Below are positions 28,774-64,000 of a stretch of 64,000 nucleotides of DNA, piece by piece (position 1 is the stretch's first letter; every line of letters begins with the position of its first letter). The stretch is from assembly GCF_002113885.1 (NCBI RefSeq), contig NW_018407539.1, positions 99,341-163,340 on the forward strand, given 5' to 3'. The DNA comes from Mizuhopecten yessoensis. Taxonomy: Eukaryota. The notes beneath the pieces were generated by a model, which was given only the letters and a program-made list of their open reading frames with translations, had not been told where the DNA came from and ran no database searches. The position numbers and the translations under genes are program-made.

Positions 28774-29911
28774 TGAGATCATGAGAGCGACAAGAAACGA
28801 CTTTACTTCTATGTTTAGGTATACGAAATTCATCGTTAATAGACAATCGTGTTCTTCTAGAATTAACATTTCGTATGCGTGTTGTTAATTATCAACAACC
28901 TGAACATCAAAATGTACTCCTGATACAAAAGTCTTTTACGTATGGTAGCCATTTCAGGGTTGTAGAAAATATAACTTCTGGTGGTGTATTGATATCTACA
29001 ATAAGTACGACTTTCGCTTCACTTCTTTCGCAGCGTTTGGAATTATACAAATATATTTGTTATTGCAATTAACTACCAACCCATCCCCAATGTTTAAACT
29101 ATGATTTAGATATGAAAAGAAAAAACATGTAGTTATAAAACAGTCAAAAATGTCTTGCATGTGCAAATACAACACTGGTCGGCAACAGAACGTTTTACGT
29201 TTCATACCTAAACCAAAGTCACTAACAGAAGATATTGGATAATTTGATCTCCCAACCGGTGACTGCCTATCTGATAATACATGACAACCTCTGTTTTATA
29301 CCAGGCAATAAAAGAATGGCCTTAACCTCTCTTAGAAGAGATAAGTAATTAAAACAGACATACCTATAATCTCAGGCAAGTACTTAAAAAACAGACATAC
29401 CTTCAATCTCAATATCACTAAAACTGGCGGACTCTCGGAACGACAGCACGCGTGGCGTCGCCATGGCGTAACTCGACGTCACTTATTTTTTTACCGACAG
29501 ATGGATCTTCTACAACGACTGAAGGAATTTCTGAGTATGTTTACCTGAAAACAAGATGAAGTAAAATATACGATGAATTATAAATGAGTACATTGTAATT
29601 AATTCCCCCTGGCGTTGCTGACATTTCTAAATTATGTCGGCGGAAACACAATGCTGCTCAGGCATGGAATTTACACTGCCATTTTGAGATATCAGTTGAA
29701 ACTATCAGAGTGACAGTGGTTGTTGTTCCGTCATACAGATCGCAATCACACTAAATTCTTTATACCAAGCCTCGTGTTGACAACATTCATTCCATAAATC
29801 TAGCATAAGTACCCCCCAAAAACGCTTCAAAAGATGTATCCTTGAAAGATGAACGTAACACAGACTTTGGTAAAAGAGAGAGTAAGCCAAAAATGAATCA
29901 CACTGTATCTT

Positions 29912-30060
29912 ACAGCTGTTTCGTCCCTCTACGACTCATTGGTGACGACAGGGGGTCCCTCTACGACTCATTGGTGACGACAGGGGCCCTGTTTCGTCCC
30001 TCTACGACTCATTGGTGACGACAGGGGCCCTGTTTCGTCCCTCTACGACTCATTGGTAAC
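29912..30060. repeat. Short tandem array (4 copies of a ~41 bp unit, one truncated) with hammerhead-like motifs on the - strand
   Basis: Unit ccctgtttcgtccctctacgactcattggtgacgacagggg. Confidence 0.85.
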
Positions 30061-30747
30061 ATTCGATACATTACGTTTGAAACCTTTGCCGTACATTTCC
30101 TTTACATAAAGCTTTTTAAAAACATATTTCCAATCAAACGTGTTTGGATTGAATCCATCTCTCTAAAATCATTAATTACAATAAGACTTTAGAAGATTTA
30201 CTGTATATCACGAAACGATATTGTTACTTTTAACTTGACCCGAGGAAAGCATCTCCGAACAGATCAGATCAGTATGCACCGCCTCGTGGATAAGACACTT
30301 GTACCATTTTGATACTTTGATGTACATCAAAAAGAATTTCGCGGTAGCGTAGCTGGTAAAATAACTGGCTTTGGAAGTCGAGTGTTGCTCTTCTGTATTA
30401 TTTAAATAGCAATAACAAGAGGATGAAAATACTGTAGGCTCTATACAAAACCTTAATTAGAACTCAATTAGACTAGCATGCACACTAAGAACATAAAAAA
30501 TTGATATTCATATCGCACAAGGAAATCGATTATTTTGCAACGAGAATCAGATCATGCAAGAAAACCGTGTGTGAAGCCATTTTTTCTAATAAGAAGACTT
30601 AGATTCAATCTCAATTTAGGCGAGCACTTGCTTTTATAGATGAATTTGTCGAATTGTCCTCAAGTAGTTTTATACTGATTTTTTTTACCATGAAGAAATG
30701 GTTTTTGTAACTGAAATAAAGATTTTTAGTTAAAAGCATGTCATTGC

Positions 30748-31824
30748 CAGGCGCGTAACAACCTACAATGTATGTAGCAAAAAAGCCCGGGCTTACACAT
30801 CATTTTAATAATAAAAAGTCGACAAAGACACTATGATACAAAATATTAAAAAGCAAAATATTTGTAAAATAATAGGGGAAAATAATATGTTCTTGCTTTA
30901 AAATGGCCATTGAAACTGACGCCAGAACACGGGAGAACGCGTCTCTGCAGGCGTTCTAGAAAACAAAAAAATCTCCTGGGGGAGACCCCCACAACCCACA
31001 TCGATGGGAAGGGGTAAGACCCCCTAGCTTTTTATAATCTGTGACATTATATATATATATATAGGTCTATTGAGAATTTCACATCATAGATACACGTAGT
31101 TAGATACATTCATTTTTCCCCGTAATGAACTTATAAAGTATGTTTTTAAGAGTAGTCCTAGGTCTATCTTCAGTAGGGCTCCTGGATATATATGTAGATC
31201 TATACATATATCTAAACATCGATATAGGAGCTACCGTCATCTTATGTTCTGAGAAATGTTGATGATACAAAAAGGGTTTGGTGGACACAACAGCAAAAAA
31301 TCTGAAATTAATCTGTTTATATTGGCTCCGACATTTTAAATATCTAGTTAACTTAGATTCATCAGGAAAGAGATATGACGCAACGGATATTTTCGAGGAA
31401 TTCCAACAATCTACACATTTTTGGAGTAGAGAAAAAAAAGGAGAGCTGTCTTTCGCATTTGAAATACATTTGAATTTTTGCGATGCTTTCCAATAACAAA
31501 GTGAATGAATCAACCAAAAAATGTTGTCTGTAAAATAAATTAAAACACCCAAAAATGTATCTAAAAAGCCACCAGATGGCACAACAGAGCTTCTAGATCT
31601 AAAAAAAAATCCGGTAGGGCATGCCCCCCTAGAATGGATTCGCGCCTTTGGCGCTCGCATTCGCACCTTCGGTGCGACTTTCTGCATGCATATCGAAAAA
31701 GCCCAGCTACGCGCCTGCCACCCATACCCTCCCCCTCCTCGCGCTACGCGCTTCGGTGGGTTGCCTTCGGCAGCACATTTCATCATTGGGCTTACACATT
31801 GAAAACCCGTTTGTTACGCCCCTG
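30748..31824. mobile_element. Non-autonomous DNA transposon with CAGG-terminal inverted repeats
   Basis: Left caggcgcgtaacaac, right gtttgttacgcccctg (reverse complement caggggcgtaacaaac); flanks attgc / attgt suggest an imperfect 5 bp TSD; GC-rich subterminal motifs. Confidence 0.7.
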
Positions 31825-32014
31825 ATTGTGTTGCGTTAATTATGGAACAGTACGTAAGAACGGAAATGATTATCTTATCTTAATTAGATTGATATAATAT
31901 GCACTATTTTAACCTTTTTTAGCCCATCACCATCAGTTGCATTTTTGATACTCATCATTTTGGAAGCGAAGACTAGCGGAGAGTAGAAAAACTGGCATGC
32001 AATCCATTTTCAAA

Positions 32015-32100
32015 TCTCCCGCGAAAAATCACGTGACCAACAACGAAACAAAGATGGCGGTCTAAATAGCAACGCGTAGTTGAAACATGGCGGACGTCGT
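32015..32100 (+). promoter_or_regulatory. Putative CFAP46 proximal promoter / 5' UTR motif cluster
   Basis: CpG-rich patch 50-130 bp upstream of the ATG with E2F-like TCCCGCGAAA (32017), E-box TCACGTGAC (32029), YY1-like AAGATGGCGG (32051) and AACATGGCGG (~32084), and an RFX X-box-like GTCTAAATAGCAAC (32060). Confidence 0.55.
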
Positions 32101-32148
32101 TCAGGTGCTCTGATTGTTCGCGGGTGTTTCTGCAGTTATTAAGACAAT

Positions 32149-64000
<31,852 letters not shown>

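Noticed and set aside
31100-31786. 228 aa - strand ORF
   Set aside because: It lies inside a non-autonomous DNA element, has no transposase or other recognisable motifs, and has low-complexity composition.

Overview
Eukaryotic, AT-rich, intron- and repeat-rich genomic DNA. The repeat families suggest an invertebrate, most plausibly a bivalve mollusc (inference); there are no prokaryotic features. Two protein-coding genes are supported. (i) A two-pore-domain (K2P/TWIK-family) potassium channel on the - strand, of which only the M1-cap-P1 exon (5412-5924) is visible. (ii) The 5' part of CFAP46 (cilia- and flagella-associated protein 46) on the + strand, from ATG 32149 past the window end, with 19 core exons I could join in frame through GT-AG sites plus several candidate symmetric micro-exons. 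Intergenic and intronic DNA holds a decayed CR1-group LINE, three Penelope-like relics, SINEs, several MITEs (one nested pair, one inverted pair) and about 13 unrelated tandem arrays covering roughly a quarter of the window. The most striking observation is that CFAP46 splice junctions have themselves become satellites. A ~4.9 kb array of ~43 x 112 bp units is made of the 3' splice site plus the first ~73 nt of a real exon, and only the last copy is the functional exon. A ~77 bp array is made of the last 66 nt of another exon plus its 5' splice site. Two further intronic arrays carry sense-strand acceptor-like (59 bp) or donor-like (41 bp) motifs in each unit. Almost all entries in the supplied ORF track are spurious or repeat-derived.
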